Below, one piece after another: positions 63,888-64,000 of a DNA stretch of 64,000 nt. The DNA is from Leadbetterella sp. (lineage in GTDB: Bacteria > Bacteroidota > Bacteroidia > Cytophagales > Spirosomataceae). Location: contig JAIPAJ010000001.1 in the NCBI GenBank assembly GCA_021740125.1, positions 13,017 to 77,016 on the forward strand, given 5' to 3'. A model generated the notes under the pieces. That model had not been told where the DNA came from. It made no database searches and saw nothing but the letters and a program-made list of their open reading frames with translations. Every line of letters begins with the position of its first letter. The stretch's first letter is position 1. A program made the translations under genes and the position numbers.

Positions 63888-64000
63888 TGGAGACCAAACT
63901 TGAAATAGTTAGAGAACTCTCACTCTTGTACGAGTTGTCACTGTCTATAGGTGGCTCATTAGATCTAAAAAAAACAAGCGAAGACTTTCTGAAAGTCTGG
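63887..64000 (+). CDS. 5' fragment of a gene coupled to FIST, probably a sensor kinase
   Basis: TGATG overlap. METKLEIVRELSLLYELSLSIGGSLDL resembles the helix that leads into a GAF-like domain. Runs off the window. Confidence 0.55.
   Translation, partial: METKLEIVRELSLLYELSLSIGGSLDLKKTSEDFLKVW

Overview
AT-rich chromosomal window from a Bacteroidota bacterium, probably Cytophagales (Spirosomataceae-like). The assignment rests on TAnnTTTG promoters, little Shine-Dalgarno use and the RpoB/RpoC style. Housekeeping content: gmd, def, guaB, a truncated dcw cluster (ftsW-murG-[ATE/Bpt-like gene]-ftsQ-ftsA-ftsZ), gpsA, macA-like/tolC, rplK-rplA-rplJ-rplL-rpoB-rpoC, dnaN, psd, rnhB. The main candidate system is a two-part exopolysaccharide locus (36969-44488 and 56604-61162). 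Each half is transcribed divergently from a gas/heme-sensing module: H-NOX plus a PAS-PAS-HK-REC-Hpt kinase, and a sigma54 activator plus a FIST/NosP-like protein and a further partial gene. The priming phosphoglycosyl transferase carries its own receiver domain, and a half-length TolC-like protein sits where Wza is expected. Three intergenic regions share a TTCCW-N5-TGGAA palindrome next to sigma54-like and IHF-like sites. The sigma54 activator has an in-frame TAA at codon 50. Other notable items: an aminoacyl-tRNA-transferase-like gene in the murC slot of the dcw cluster, a SigX-like ECF sigma factor with a C-terminal hydrophobic tail heading a CmpX/DUF3078/MscL run, a candidate ~100-nt sRNA, and a perfect heptamer tandem repeat before rpoB. 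No rRNA, tRNA, CRISPR or mobile element was recognised. All calls come from motif reading, not database searches.
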